A model generated the notes under the pieces. The model saw nothing but the letters and a program-made list of their open reading frames with translations. It made no database searches and was not told where the DNA came from. A DNA stretch of 64,000 nt, taken from the NCBI GenBank assembly GCA_938014335.1, contig CALLRP010000006.1, positions 14,226 to 78,225 on the forward strand, in the 5' to 3' direction. Source of the stretch: an uncultured bacterium. GTDB taxonomy: Bacteria; Hydrogenedentota; Hydrogenedentia; Hydrogenedentales; Hydrogenedentaceae. Shown piece after piece: positions 49,201 through 57,583 of the stretch (position 1 is the stretch's first letter; the number at the start of each line of letters is the position of its first letter). Both the position numbers and the translations under genes were made by a program.

Positions 49201-49975
49201 TATTCCGTATGATTTAGGTGTTTTATACGACCGTATGGGTAAAACACAAGAAGCAGAAGCAATGTATTACAAAGCACTAGAAGTAGATGATAAAAATCCA
49301 TTGGCATATAACAATTTAGGTTATCATGCCTTTCTATCAGGAGAAATAGATAAAGCGATAGAACTCTACCAAAAATCCTTATCTATCAAACCTGATTTAA
49401 TAAATGCTCTTTACAATCTTGCAGATGCATTTTTTTCAAAAGAGGAGTTAGAAAAAGTTATTCCTTATTTTGAGAAAGCATTAGAGATTCAACCTAAAGA
49501 CCATAATCTCCATAACGCCTTAGGTTTTTATGCCCTTCAAGTAGGCAAATTCGATTTAGCAGAGAAACACTTAAAGGAAGCAGTAAATTTACAACATGAA
49601 TTCCCACTTGCATGGAAAAATTTAGGGGATTTATATAAAGTTCAAAAAAGATATAGTGAAGCAGAACAAGCGTACAAAAAGGCAATAGAAATTTATCCCA
49701 GTGACGGAGAAGGTTGGGCAAGATATGCTATATTAAAGAAGGAAAAGGGTGATTATCAGGAATCTTTAGAATTATTTCAAGAAGCTTTAAAAAGATTGAA
49801 AGAAAGAGAAAGTCCACCAGAGCTAATTACAGAAGTTTTATTTGAAATAGGAGAAATATACCTTAAATGGGGTGATCAGGAAAATGTGAAGAAAATAATT
49901 ACAGAAATTACAAGATTGAACCCTGAAAATGATGAGATAAAACAAAGAATGAAACAAAAGGGATTCCCTGAATAA
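46205..49975 (+). CDS. Giant membrane protein: an N-terminal GT-C glycosyltransferase (PMT/ArnT/GT39-83-like, TMTC-like architecture) fused to about 25 TPR repeats. The start is reassigned to the GTG at 46205 (AAGGAA RBS).
   Basis: The first 480 residues are polytopic TM with an early extracytoplasmic acidic loop (...VPEGVTDPEMRTTPFFRPPGHGY...). The remaining ~790 residues are tandem 34-aa TPRs (e.g. AKEQFEKGIRLDPTYQDMFYYLGKTYLVMKDETKAEEYFRKALELNPNDARSH...). Confidence 0.8.
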   Translation: MKGRQVRCALFFILLIAIILRVWYLYEVYKYAPDYSALQQDPEVQDYFARAIVTGDWSVPEGVTDPEMRTTPFFRPPGHGYFLSFLYRFISDSYLTPRIVNSIAGILTVLLAFYLGRAIFNEYVGLIFSFLVATYSVFIYWEGEVNDPSLFVFFVVLMFYILYRWSIYKKWYECILLGLVIGAYATMRPNILSFGPFIALWMAWIVFKEKKYFAFIPSWIVLLVFTFVPIIPITVRNYIASGEWVFISTYFGENLFIGNNPEADGTTPWNQYLQKLEGTGNWTARDYVNVVKGLGKELGIKDLKHADASKIFAEKALEYIKTHPKETLIQVLKKAVLLWCPIEITCNKVVYYELKHYSPLKYLPTFPWAGGLFITGTILLVSNIKSIWKKKKIVPFLFSSNGTYSTELLLLIYLFIATYLGSFLIFFVNGRARVPVIPLFFLIGANFLYFLWLCIKNKNHVSLVNWLSVLFISFIVISVKWIPFEPDLARWHYQRADSYLRRGEIQKALEEAQTLVYMPQSLPYMHHRLGKDLFKAGYFVEAKEQFEKGIRLDPTYQDMFYYLGKTYLVMKDETKAEEYFRKALELNPNDARSHNEIGEILEHQGNWKEALTHYEKALQIVPDFTYVLDKYGRILSSQGRSEDALAFYRKALETDPSYQDVYYLIGRELRSLGRIEEAQDTLQKAVELNPKDARALCELGNICADEGDWDSAEAYYRKAVSAVPDFAYAYERLGRILFAKDNLKESEKNLKKAIELNPEYQDGIYLLGCVLKKEGRLEEAETYFRRALELNVRDARAWNELGEIMETKKDYEQALNCYEKALEAYPQFAYVIAKMGAIYANRGEYEKSLEKLKLALNIDPNFQNVCYMTGQVLSRMGQKEEAKVYFNKAIEMNPEDARAHRELALLIQEDNPEKAIEHFKKALEIVPDFTLILNNWGSLLVKQNRWDEAENKFYEALKIRPHDELAYYNLAQLAEKKGNTEQAIELYKKAMVNSPDNSYIPYDLGVLYDRMGKTQEAEAMYYKALEVDDKNPLAYNNLGYHAFLSGEIDKAIELYQKSLSIKPDLINALYNLADAFFSKEELEKVIPYFEKALEIQPKDHNLHNALGFYALQVGKFDLAEKHLKEAVNLQHEFPLAWKNLGDLYKVQKRYSEAEQAYKKAIEIYPSDGEGWARYAILKKEKGDYQESLELFQEALKRLKERESPPELITEVLFEIGEIYLKWGDQENVKKIITEITRLNPENDEIKQRMKQKGFPE

Positions 49976-49985
49976 CCTAAATTTA

Positions 49986-51182
49986 CTATTCAACGAGCTT
50001 ATTTAGATGATTACATACATATTTAACAGTATCTTCGGAAATTCCATCATAGAAAGGTAGGGCAAGCAATCGTGGATAAACATTATTTGCATTGGGACAG
50101 TTTGAATTTTCTATAAATACGGATACATTATCAATTACTTCTTCCCTCAATGCCGTATCAATTCCTCTAAAAAGAAGAGAACGACACATGTTTCGAGAAT
50201 CCATAGGGAGAATAACTACAAACATGTAATAAGATGGAGTACAATCGGGATGTACATAGGGAATATCAATTCTATCTGATAGAAATTTTCGATATAAACC
50301 GGCTATTTCATTCCGGTGCTCTACTCGTGAAGTAAGAAAGGGTAACTTTTCGATACCAATACTTGCTTGAAGAGGAGTAAACCGAATATTTTCAGGTGGA
50401 ACACTCTGAATCTTACGATATATAAACTCAAGTGATTTAAAAAAGAAAGGGAACAATCTAAAGAAAAGTATAGGATACATTAATCGTGAATTATAAAGAG
50501 TTTGTTCTAATTTTATCGATTTCGCTTTTTTAGTTATCTCCTTTGTGGTTAAAATTAATTTTTGGTTGTATTCCCCTACAAAATCAATAAGGGATGAATC
50601 CTTACTTACCAACATCCCCCCGCCATAAGTATTAATGGGTTTGGATATATCAAAACTAAAGAACCCCGCATATCCGAATGTCCCAGCATGCTGATTATTA
50701 ATTTTAGCCCCACATGCATGAGCGGTGTCTTCTATTACGGGAATATTATGTTCTTGTCCTATTTTACATAATTCTTCGATGTAGCAAGGATTTCCAAAAG
50801 TATGTAACGCGATAATGGCTTTGGTCTTTGAAGTTATAGAGTCTTGAACCAATTCAGGGTCAATATTTAATGTTTTGGGATTTATATCCACACAGATAGG
50901 TTTTAATCCCAATGACTGGATGATATTTACAAGTGCCTTTAATGTGAACGAAGGAATGATTACCTCATCATTCTTATGAAGCTTTAAATGTTGCAAAATG
51001 AGTTTGAGAGCCATCCGCCCCGATGGGAGAGCCACTGTGTATGGAGAGCCCAAAAAATCGCCAAACTCCCTTTCCCATCGAGAAACAATCCTATCATTGG
51101 ATAGTAAATCCAGAGAGGGATTTAGAACTTCTTTATATTCAGCAGGTAAAATATGTATCCATCTTCGTGGTATCATATACAC
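49986..51182 (-). CDS. DegT/DnrJ/EryC1/StrS-family PLP-dependent sugar aminotransferase.
   Basis: The conserved core is ...AIIALHTFGNPCYIEELCKIGQEHNIPVIEDTAHACGAKINNQHAGTFGYAGFFSFDISKPINTYGGGMLV (with the PLP-lysine region). It is 398 aa. Confidence 0.88.
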   Translation of the reverse strand: MYMIPRRWIHILPAEYKEVLNPSLDLLSNDRIVSRWEREFGDFLGSPYTVALPSGRMALKLILQHLKLHKNDEVIIPSFTLKALVNIIQSLGLKPICVDINPKTLNIDPELVQDSITSKTKAIIALHTFGNPCYIEELCKIGQEHNIPVIEDTAHACGAKINNQHAGTFGYAGFFSFDISKPINTYGGGMLVSKDSSLIDFVGEYNQKLILTTKEITKKAKSIKLEQTLYNSRLMYPILFFRLFPFFFKSLEFIYRKIQSVPPENIRFTPLQASIGIEKLPFLTSRVEHRNEIAGLYRKFLSDRIDIPYVHPDCTPSYYMFVVILPMDSRNMCRSLLFRGIDTALREEVIDNVSVFIENSNCPNANNVYPRLLALPFYDGISEDTVKYVCNHLNKLVE

Positions 51183-51205
51183 TCCAACTCTTAAAAGATA
51201 TAGTA

Positions 51206-52138
51206 ATGATTAATTTTATAAAAAGCAAAGACAAAATATTAAATGTTCTTCATATATCTGGTTTTGTCATTTTGATATTATTAACCTGTTTTGGAGTATA
51301 TCAGATACGAGAAGAAAATTTTGAAAATATAAAACATGTAATTGTAAATAGATGGGAACTATTCTTTTTAGCGTGTGTATTACGATTATTTGACTGGATT
51401 TTAGACTACTATTTGTGGCGATGTATGTTTAAAAATTTTTCTATCTCTTTCCCTTTTATAAAATCTATTTGGGTCTATCTCACTCAGGGTGCTGGAATTG
51501 TATTGCCGGCACAATTAGGCAGAGCATTAAGAGGATATATAATCACAAAAACAGTGAGCACACCCATCTCAAAAGCCATGACTGCGGAATTTTTGTTTTT
51601 ATTATGTGTTTTGGAAGGAGCATTTTTAGTTTTAATACTCTCATTAGCTATTTATACCAACACATTTGTATTGCCAATAATCCTTTCATTACTTTCATTA
51701 TTACTCTTCCCCTTTTTATTAAAATTCTTTAAACCTTTTCTGGCAAAGTTAAAAATAGGATTAACGGACAATGTAATTCGTCCTCCTTTTTTGATTTTAT
51801 TCTGCATAGGCTGTTCTATTGGGTGGGCAGTTAATGGCTTAATATTTTATCTTTTATTGGGAGGGAAAGAATCGGGACTATATTTAAGTCAAGTTGAAAT
51901 GATTGTTTTAGGAAACTTATTTTTAGCAATATGTAGTGGGATTCCTGGCGGAGTGGGAATTGTAGAAGCAACTATGAGTGTTTCATTACATTGGCTTCAG
52001 GTTCAATTACCCGAAATAATCCTTGTTATAGGGTTGTTCCGTATAATAACATTCTGGATTTGGATACCTTTAGGTTGGCTGGGTTTATTCCGTTTAAAAT
52101 TATATAAAAGTGTGGATTTAAAAGTAGATGTAGAATGA
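51206..52138 (+). CDS. Polytopic membrane protein of the flippase-like / lysylphosphatidylglycerol-synthase-TM (UPF0104-like) type. The start is reassigned to the ATG at 51206.
   Basis: It has about 8 TM helices and no soluble domain. It is first in the operon and is coupled to the next gene by an ATGA overlap. Confidence 0.55.
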   Translation: MINFIKSKDKILNVLHISGFVILILLTCFGVYQIREENFENIKHVIVNRWELFFLACVLRLFDWILDYYLWRCMFKNFSISFPFIKSIWVYLTQGAGIVLPAQLGRALRGYIITKTVSTPISKAMTAEFLFLLCVLEGAFLVLILSLAIYTNTFVLPIILSLLSLLLFPFLLKFFKPFLAKLKIGLTDNVIRPPFLILFCIGCSIGWAVNGLIFYLLLGGKESGLYLSQVEMIVLGNLFLAICSGIPGGVGIVEATMSVSLHWLQVQLPEIILVIGLFRIITFWIWIPLGWLGLFRLKLYKSVDLKVDVE

Positions 52139-53130
52139 AACAGAAAATAAAAAGTATTCCAATACTGTTGAAATCATGGGTAAAAACAAAAATTTTAGGA
52201 ATAAATGCGCCTTTATTTGTTGAGTGGAACCTAACTTTCCGATGCCCATATCAGTGCCTTTATTGTGGCTCTCGGGAAGTGACTGTTAATGAGTTAGATA
52301 CAAATGAAATATTGGAGCGGTTGAATATTTTACAAAAAATAGGTGTTAGATGGATTACCTTTGGTGGGGGAGAACCTTTAATTAAAAAAGACATAATAAA
52401 AATTCTTGAACATGCGAAATCGTTAGGGCTGAATGTTTTTTTAAGTTCCACAGGTGTCAATATAGAAAAGTACAATGGAATTGAAAAGTATGTTGACCAT
52501 ATAAATCTGAGTTTTGATGGGCCACAAGAAATACATGATAAAATTAGGGGTGAGAGGACTTATAATCGGTTATTTCAAGTAGTTGATTTTTGCAAGTCGA
52601 AGAATATTTCGGTGTCCTTTTTATGTGTTATATCCAAGTTAAATATTAATAAATTAGACTATGTTTTAGATAAGGCTAAAGAAGAAAATATAAAGGTAAT
52701 GTTTCAGCCAGCAACTTTACATTTAGATTCCTCTTTAACTCCAAATCCAATTGCTCCTGATAAAGACACATATGATAATGCGCTACAATATATTATGAAC
52801 AAGAAAAAACAAGGCTACCCTGTTCGTAATTCATTTGCAGGGTTAGAATATCTTAGGAACTGGCCGAACCCGTCAAGAATATGGTGTTCTGCTGGAAGAT
52901 TAACATGTACTATTGAACCGGATGGTACAATACTTTCCTGTCATTTATTTGAAACTCGTGAACTATATAAAAAGAAAGAAAACAAAGGAGATAATGAAGA
53001 ATTTGAAAAGATAATAAATCAGTTAAAAGTACCAAAAGGTTGCTCTACTTGCTGGTGTGCCCCTGTTGTTGAACTTGCTTTAATATGGAATTTAAATCCT
53101 TCTGCTATATGGAATGCACTCGGGATATAA
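52135..53130 (+). CDS. Radical SAM / SPASM-domain protein.
   Basis: The cluster motif is CPYQCLYC, with GGGEPLI after it. C-terminal auxiliary-cluster cysteines are present: CSAGRLTCTIEPDGTILSCH...GCSTCWCAP. Confidence 0.8.
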   Translation: MKQKIKSIPILLKSWVKTKILGINAPLFVEWNLTFRCPYQCLYCGSREVTVNELDTNEILERLNILQKIGVRWITFGGGEPLIKKDIIKILEHAKSLGLNVFLSSTGVNIEKYNGIEKYVDHINLSFDGPQEIHDKIRGERTYNRLFQVVDFCKSKNISVSFLCVISKLNINKLDYVLDKAKEENIKVMFQPATLHLDSSLTPNPIAPDKDTYDNALQYIMNKKKQGYPVRNSFAGLEYLRNWPNPSRIWCSAGRLTCTIEPDGTILSCHLFETRELYKKKENKGDNEEFEKIINQLKVPKGCSTCWCAPVVELALIWNLNPSAIWNALGI

Positions 53131-53158
53131 AATGGTTTCTTTTTAGGATTAATTATTA

Positions 53159-54910
53159 ATGATAATATTAGGAATTAGTGAAGACTTTTTTGATGCAGGG
53201 GTTACCCTTTGTGATGATGAGTGGATATTATTCATGTCGAACGAGGAGCGATATACCCGCCAAAAAAATGAAGGTGGATTTCCACATTTATCATTAGAAA
53301 ATGCATTAAAACAAACAGGAATAACATGGAAAGATATACAGGCAGTATGTGTTTCTGGTTTTGTAACACCCTTCCCTTTTTTCCGATTATTTCCTAATTT
53401 ACAGAAAAAAGCATTTTGTTCAAAGAGAAAGAAAAATCAGAGTGACAAAAAATCGAACTACTGGGATAACATTACAGAATGGGCAGTCTCATATAATCCC
53501 ATAAGTTATATGAATCCTTCAGAGACGATGAAAAAAAGTTTATCTGTTATTTTAAGAAAAATAATACGAAAAAGATTACCCTTTCTTAATTCTGATGTTC
53601 CTATTCATTTCATCGAACACCATGAAGCCCATGCATGGGGAAGTTATTTCTGTTCTGGTTTTGATGAGGCACTTATTGTTACTGCAGATGGAATGGGGGA
53701 TGGCTTATCGTTGACTATTTCGAAAGGAGAAGGGAACTCGATAACCCGATTATGGAAATCCTCTGCTAAGAGTTCTTTTGGATTATTTTTTGAGAATCTG
53801 GCGGAAGTGTTAGGATTTGTCCCTTGTAGAGATGAAGGGAAACTTACAGGTTTATCAGCTCATGGAGATGCAAATAGAATTCAGTATGAAAATCCATTTT
53901 CATGGAATAATGATGTCCTCTTATACAAAGGACCCTACGGCAAAAAATTAAGAGAATGGCTTCTACAGTTATTACATGAATATTCGCGAGAAGACCTTTG
54001 TGCCTGGTCACAAAATATTTTAGAACAAATGCTATGTTCTTTAATTGAATATTGGTTAGATAGAACAGGGCTTAAAAAAATTGCTGTGGCTGGGGGAGTT
54101 TTTGCGAATGTGCTGTTAAACCAGAAAATACACGAATTGGAAAAGGTCGAAGAACTCTTTGTGTATCCGAATATGGGTGATGGAGGGTTGAGTTTAGGGG
54201 CTATCAGTGCACAACTCCGTTTTTATCCAAAACCTCTTCCGCATGCTTTCTGGGGGGATGGTTTTAGTAAAAAAGAAATAACGGGTGCAATTTCTAAATA
54301 TAAACTTCCATTTAAAGAATTCGATGAACAGGAAATACCCCAACTTGTTGCAAAGTGTTTGTATAACAAGAGAATTATTGCAAGATTTCATGGTAAAATG
54401 GAATGGGGACCTCGTGCTTTGGGAAATCGTTCTATTTTGTGTGATTCTACCATGAAAGATGTAACAGAAAAATTGAATAATATGTTAAAACGAAGTGATT
54501 TCATGCCGTTTGCACCTGCTTTATTAGATGAGGATGCAGGGCAATTTTTGATAGGATATGAAAAGGCAAGGCATGCAGGTGAATTTATGACATGCTGTTT
54601 TCAGAGTACTCCTAAAATGAAAGACCAACACGGTGCAGTTGTTCATATTGATGGAACAACACGAGCCCAACTTGTAAAAAAAGAGAATAACCCAACCTTT
54701 TATGAAATTTTAAAGGAATATAAAAAACTTTCAGGAACAAGTGTGGTTTTAAATACAAGTTTTAATATGCATGAATCGCCAATAATACGAACTCCTGAAG
54801 AAGCCTTACAAACATTTAAAGAGACTGATGTAGATTTTCTATTTTTAGAAAACTTTGTTATAGCAAAAACTCCGGATTTATGGAATGACTTTAGACAAAA
54901 TAGCAAATAA
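53159..54910 (+). CDS. NodU/CmcH-family carbamoyltransferase.
   Basis: The N-terminus, MIILGISEDFFDAGVTLCDD, is a Kae1/HypF-like ASKHA fold. A middle ...HHEAHAWGSYF... His motif and a C-terminal carbamoyl-phosphate-binding domain are present. It is 583 aa. Confidence 0.88.
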   Translation: MIILGISEDFFDAGVTLCDDEWILFMSNEERYTRQKNEGGFPHLSLENALKQTGITWKDIQAVCVSGFVTPFPFFRLFPNLQKKAFCSKRKKNQSDKKSNYWDNITEWAVSYNPISYMNPSETMKKSLSVILRKIIRKRLPFLNSDVPIHFIEHHEAHAWGSYFCSGFDEALIVTADGMGDGLSLTISKGEGNSITRLWKSSAKSSFGLFFENLAEVLGFVPCRDEGKLTGLSAHGDANRIQYENPFSWNNDVLLYKGPYGKKLREWLLQLLHEYSREDLCAWSQNILEQMLCSLIEYWLDRTGLKKIAVAGGVFANVLLNQKIHELEKVEELFVYPNMGDGGLSLGAISAQLRFYPKPLPHAFWGDGFSKKEITGAISKYKLPFKEFDEQEIPQLVAKCLYNKRIIARFHGKMEWGPRALGNRSILCDSTMKDVTEKLNNMLKRSDFMPFAPALLDEDAGQFLIGYEKARHAGEFMTCCFQSTPKMKDQHGAVVHIDGTTRAQLVKKENNPTFYEILKEYKKLSGTSVVLNTSFNMHESPIIRTPEEALQTFKETDVDFLFLENFVIAKTPDLWNDFRQNSK

Positions 54911-55559
54911 TAAAAATGAAAGATTAAAAATTGCCATTATTGATTATTCCGCAGGGAATATCCATTCTGTATATCGTGCTTTTTCGAAGACAGGTGTCAT
55001 GATTGAGGTTATAAATAAGGAAACGGAGTTAGACCTATTTGATGCGGTTGTTTTGCCAGGGGTAGGTGCCTGTGCCAGTGCTATGGACTTTTTATCAAAG
55101 GTAGGACTTATAAAGAGATTAAACCACTATGTTTTAGAATTGAAAAAGCCTATTTTAGGGATTTGTTTAGGTTTTCAAATAATGGCAGAATTTAGTGAGG
55201 AAGGCGAAGCAAAAGGATTAGGTTGGATACCGGGACATGTCCGTTATATACGGAATGTTGTTCAAAATTTCATTCGCGTTCCACATATTGGCTGGAATGA
55301 TGTGAAAACTTACAAAGGAAGTTTATCTCTTCTGTCAGGGATGATAGATAATCCTAATTTTTATTTTGCTCATTCATACTTTATCCCAGCCAATAAAATC
55401 GAAGGAAACATTGGAATAACCGAATATGGAACGCCCTTTATTTCTTTATATCAAAATAAAAATATTTACGGCACTCAATTTCATCCCGAAAAAAGTTATA
55501 TTGGTGGTGCTATCTTAATCCAAAATTTTTTAAATGAGGTATGTAATGCTAAAAGTTAG
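54885..55559 (+). CDS. HisH-like glutamine amidotransferase subunit. In this context it is a WbuY-type partner of the sugar amidotransferase, not a histidine-biosynthesis gene.
   Basis: The triad signature is GICLGFQIM...HSYF..FHPEKS. It lies between the carbamoyltransferase and the HisF-like/WbuX genes. No other his genes are present in the window. Confidence 0.8.
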   Translation: MTLDKIANNKNERLKIAIIDYSAGNIHSVYRAFSKTGVMIEVINKETELDLFDAVVLPGVGACASAMDFLSKVGLIKRLNHYVLELKKPILGICLGFQIMAEFSEEGEAKGLGWIPGHVRYIRNVVQNFIRVPHIGWNDVKTYKGSLSLLSGMIDNPNFYFAHSYFIPANKIEGNIGITEYGTPFISLYQNKNIYGTQFHPEKSYIGGAILIQNFLNEVCNAKS

Positions 55560-56364
55560 AGTAATACCGGTATTATTACTAAGACATTGGGGTCTGGAGA
55601 AGACCATCCAATTTACAAATCCTAAATATGTGGGGTGTCCAATTAATGCGGCTCGAGTTTTTAACCAGCATAATGTGGATGAACTTATATTGCTTGACAT
55701 AGTCGCGACACTTGAAAATCGTCCTCCGGAAATTGATGTTGTGAGGCAAATATCCGCAGAGACTTCAATGCCCTTCACAGTAGGAGGAGGAATTCGGGAT
55801 GTAGGCATTATACGAGAGTTATTAAAAGCGGGGGCAGATAAAGTAGTTTTAAATACCTCCGTTGTTGAAGTCCCCGGTTTGTTGGAAAAATCCGCAGAAC
55901 AATTTGGGCGACAATGTATTGTAGTATCCATAGATGTGAAAAAAGTTAATGGGACTTATGAGGTATTTACGCATGGAGGGAGGAAACCCGCAGGATTAAA
56001 CCCTGTAGAGTTGGCAATGAAGGCAGAGAAAGAAGGAGCCGGGGAAATATTAATTACAAGTATAGATAGAGATGGAACGCTCGAAGGTTATGACTTAGAT
56101 TTAATAAAAATGATTACAGAATCAGTTCAGATTCCTGTTATTGCTTGTGGTGGGGCTGGTTCTGTAAAAAATTTAGCAGATGCATACTATAAATCAGGGG
56201 CTTCTGCTGTAGCGTGTGGTGCATTTTTTCTCTTTTATGGTACTCGAAGGACAGTACTAATAACTTACCCATCCGAAGAACAATTGTTAGAGTATTTTGA
56301 GCCTCAACATGTTCGAAAAAGAGATCCCAAGAAACCTATTGATTTAGAATTAGCACGGTTATAA
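55546..56364 (+). CDS. HisF-like cyclase/ammonia-channel subunit (WbuZ-type). The start is moved to the ATG at 55546 (GAGG RBS).
   Basis: TIM-barrel HisF motifs are present: ...RVIPVLLL..., DELILLDI, GGGIRD and ITSIDRDGTLEGYDL. Confidence 0.8.
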   Translation: MLKVRVIPVLLLRHWGLEKTIQFTNPKYVGCPINAARVFNQHNVDELILLDIVATLENRPPEIDVVRQISAETSMPFTVGGGIRDVGIIRELLKAGADKVVLNTSVVEVPGLLEKSAEQFGRQCIVVSIDVKKVNGTYEVFTHGGRKPAGLNPVELAMKAEKEGAGEILITSIDRDGTLEGYDLDLIKMITESVQIPVIACGGAGSVKNLADAYYKSGASAVACGAFFLFYGTRRTVLITYPSEEQLLEYFEPQHVRKRDPKKPIDLELARL

Positions 56365-56381
56365 CGGATATAGGTGGTGTT

Positions 56382-57533
56382 ATGATTCAGCAAAATGAAG
56401 AAAAAGTTTTATGTAAACGGTGTGTGATGGATACTTCTATTCCAGGCGTTCGTTTAGACAAACAGGGAATATGTAACTTTTGCCACATGCATAATAATTT
56501 AGATAAACGATTCCCTGTGGGAGAAGAAGGAGCAAAAATATTACAAAAGATTGCTAATAAAATAAGAAAAGATGGCAAAGGGAAAAGATACGATTGTGTC
56601 GTTGGAGTAAGTGGGGGAAGAGATACATCTTATTGTTTATATTATGTGAAAGAAGTTATGAATCTACGTCCTCTGGCTGTTCATTTTGACAACGGTTGGG
56701 ATTCCGAAATTGCAAAGAGTAATCTTGCTAAATTATGTGATAAATTAGATGTAGAATTGCACACGATAATTATGGACTGGCCTGAATCCCGCGAACTAAC
56801 AAATGCAACTATTAGAGCATGTGTACCTTATATAGACTTAACGGACGATATCGGAATTGCGAGTAGTTTATACCGAACCGCTGTCGAAGAAAATGTCCGC
56901 TATATCATTCTAAGTCATTCTTTTCGTGAAGAAGGGATAACCCCACTGAAATGGAATTACATAGATGGAAAATATACCCGTGCTATTGTAGACCAGTTTT
57001 GTACAATTCCATTAATACATTTTGAGAATGTAGAACTCTGGGATATGATTTACTGGATATTGTGGAGGGGAATTCGTGTAATTAATATAACAAATTATTA
57101 TGACGATACAGGGGAAAAAATAGAGACATTTCTTAAAGAAAAGTTTGATTGGCAGGATACAGGACAACACCATTTGGATAATGAATTATTTACATTAGTT
57201 TATTATTATGCAAGAAGAAAATTTGGTTTCGATTGGCGCGTAGTTGAATTATCCGCAAAAGTTAGAACCGGTGTAATTTCTCGAGAGTCTGCTTTGAAAG
57301 CGTTACAAGAAATTCCTTTTTTTGAGGATGAAGAAAGGATAGAACATTGTTTAAGAAAACAAGGTATAAGTCGAGAAGAATTTGAGATGATAGTTAAATC
57401 ACCCAATAAATATTTTACAGATTATCCGTCTTACTATCCCTTGCTACGAAAGTTTAAATGGTTTATATGGATTTTATGTAAACTTCATGCTATACCAGCA
57501 CATACTTATGAAAAATATTTTCATGCTATCTGA
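56382..57533 (+). CDS. PP-loop N-acetyl-sugar amidotransferase (WbuX/WbpG/PseA-like) that forms an acetamidino group.
   Basis: N-terminal Cys pairs form a zinc ribbon (CKRCVMD...CNFCHMH). The PP-loop is VVGVSGGRDTSY. It is 383 aa. Confidence 0.82.
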   Translation: MIQQNEEKVLCKRCVMDTSIPGVRLDKQGICNFCHMHNNLDKRFPVGEEGAKILQKIANKIRKDGKGKRYDCVVGVSGGRDTSYCLYYVKEVMNLRPLAVHFDNGWDSEIAKSNLAKLCDKLDVELHTIIMDWPESRELTNATIRACVPYIDLTDDIGIASSLYRTAVEENVRYIILSHSFREEGITPLKWNYIDGKYTRAIVDQFCTIPLIHFENVELWDMIYWILWRGIRVINITNYYDDTGEKIETFLKEKFDWQDTGQHHLDNELFTLVYYYARRKFGFDWRVVELSAKVRTGVISRESALKALQEIPFFEDEERIEHCLRKQGISREEFEMIVKSPNKYFTDYPSYYPLLRKFKWFIWILCKLHAIPAHTYEKYFHAI

Positions 57534-57583
57534 AATTAAACTTAAATCGGTATATAATTTTATTTTAATTAGGTATACGGTAA

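Noticed and set aside
51023-51205. A 5' extension of the flippase-like ORF that is antisense to the DegT gene.
   Set aside because: It overlaps the DegT coding region on the opposite strand. An in-frame ATG at 51206 immediately precedes the first TM helix.
54885-56364. Annotating these genes as histidine-biosynthesis hisH and hisF.
   Set aside because: Their position in a glycan operon, directly upstream of a PP-loop sugar amidotransferase and with no other his genes nearby, points to WbuY/WbuZ-type paralogues.
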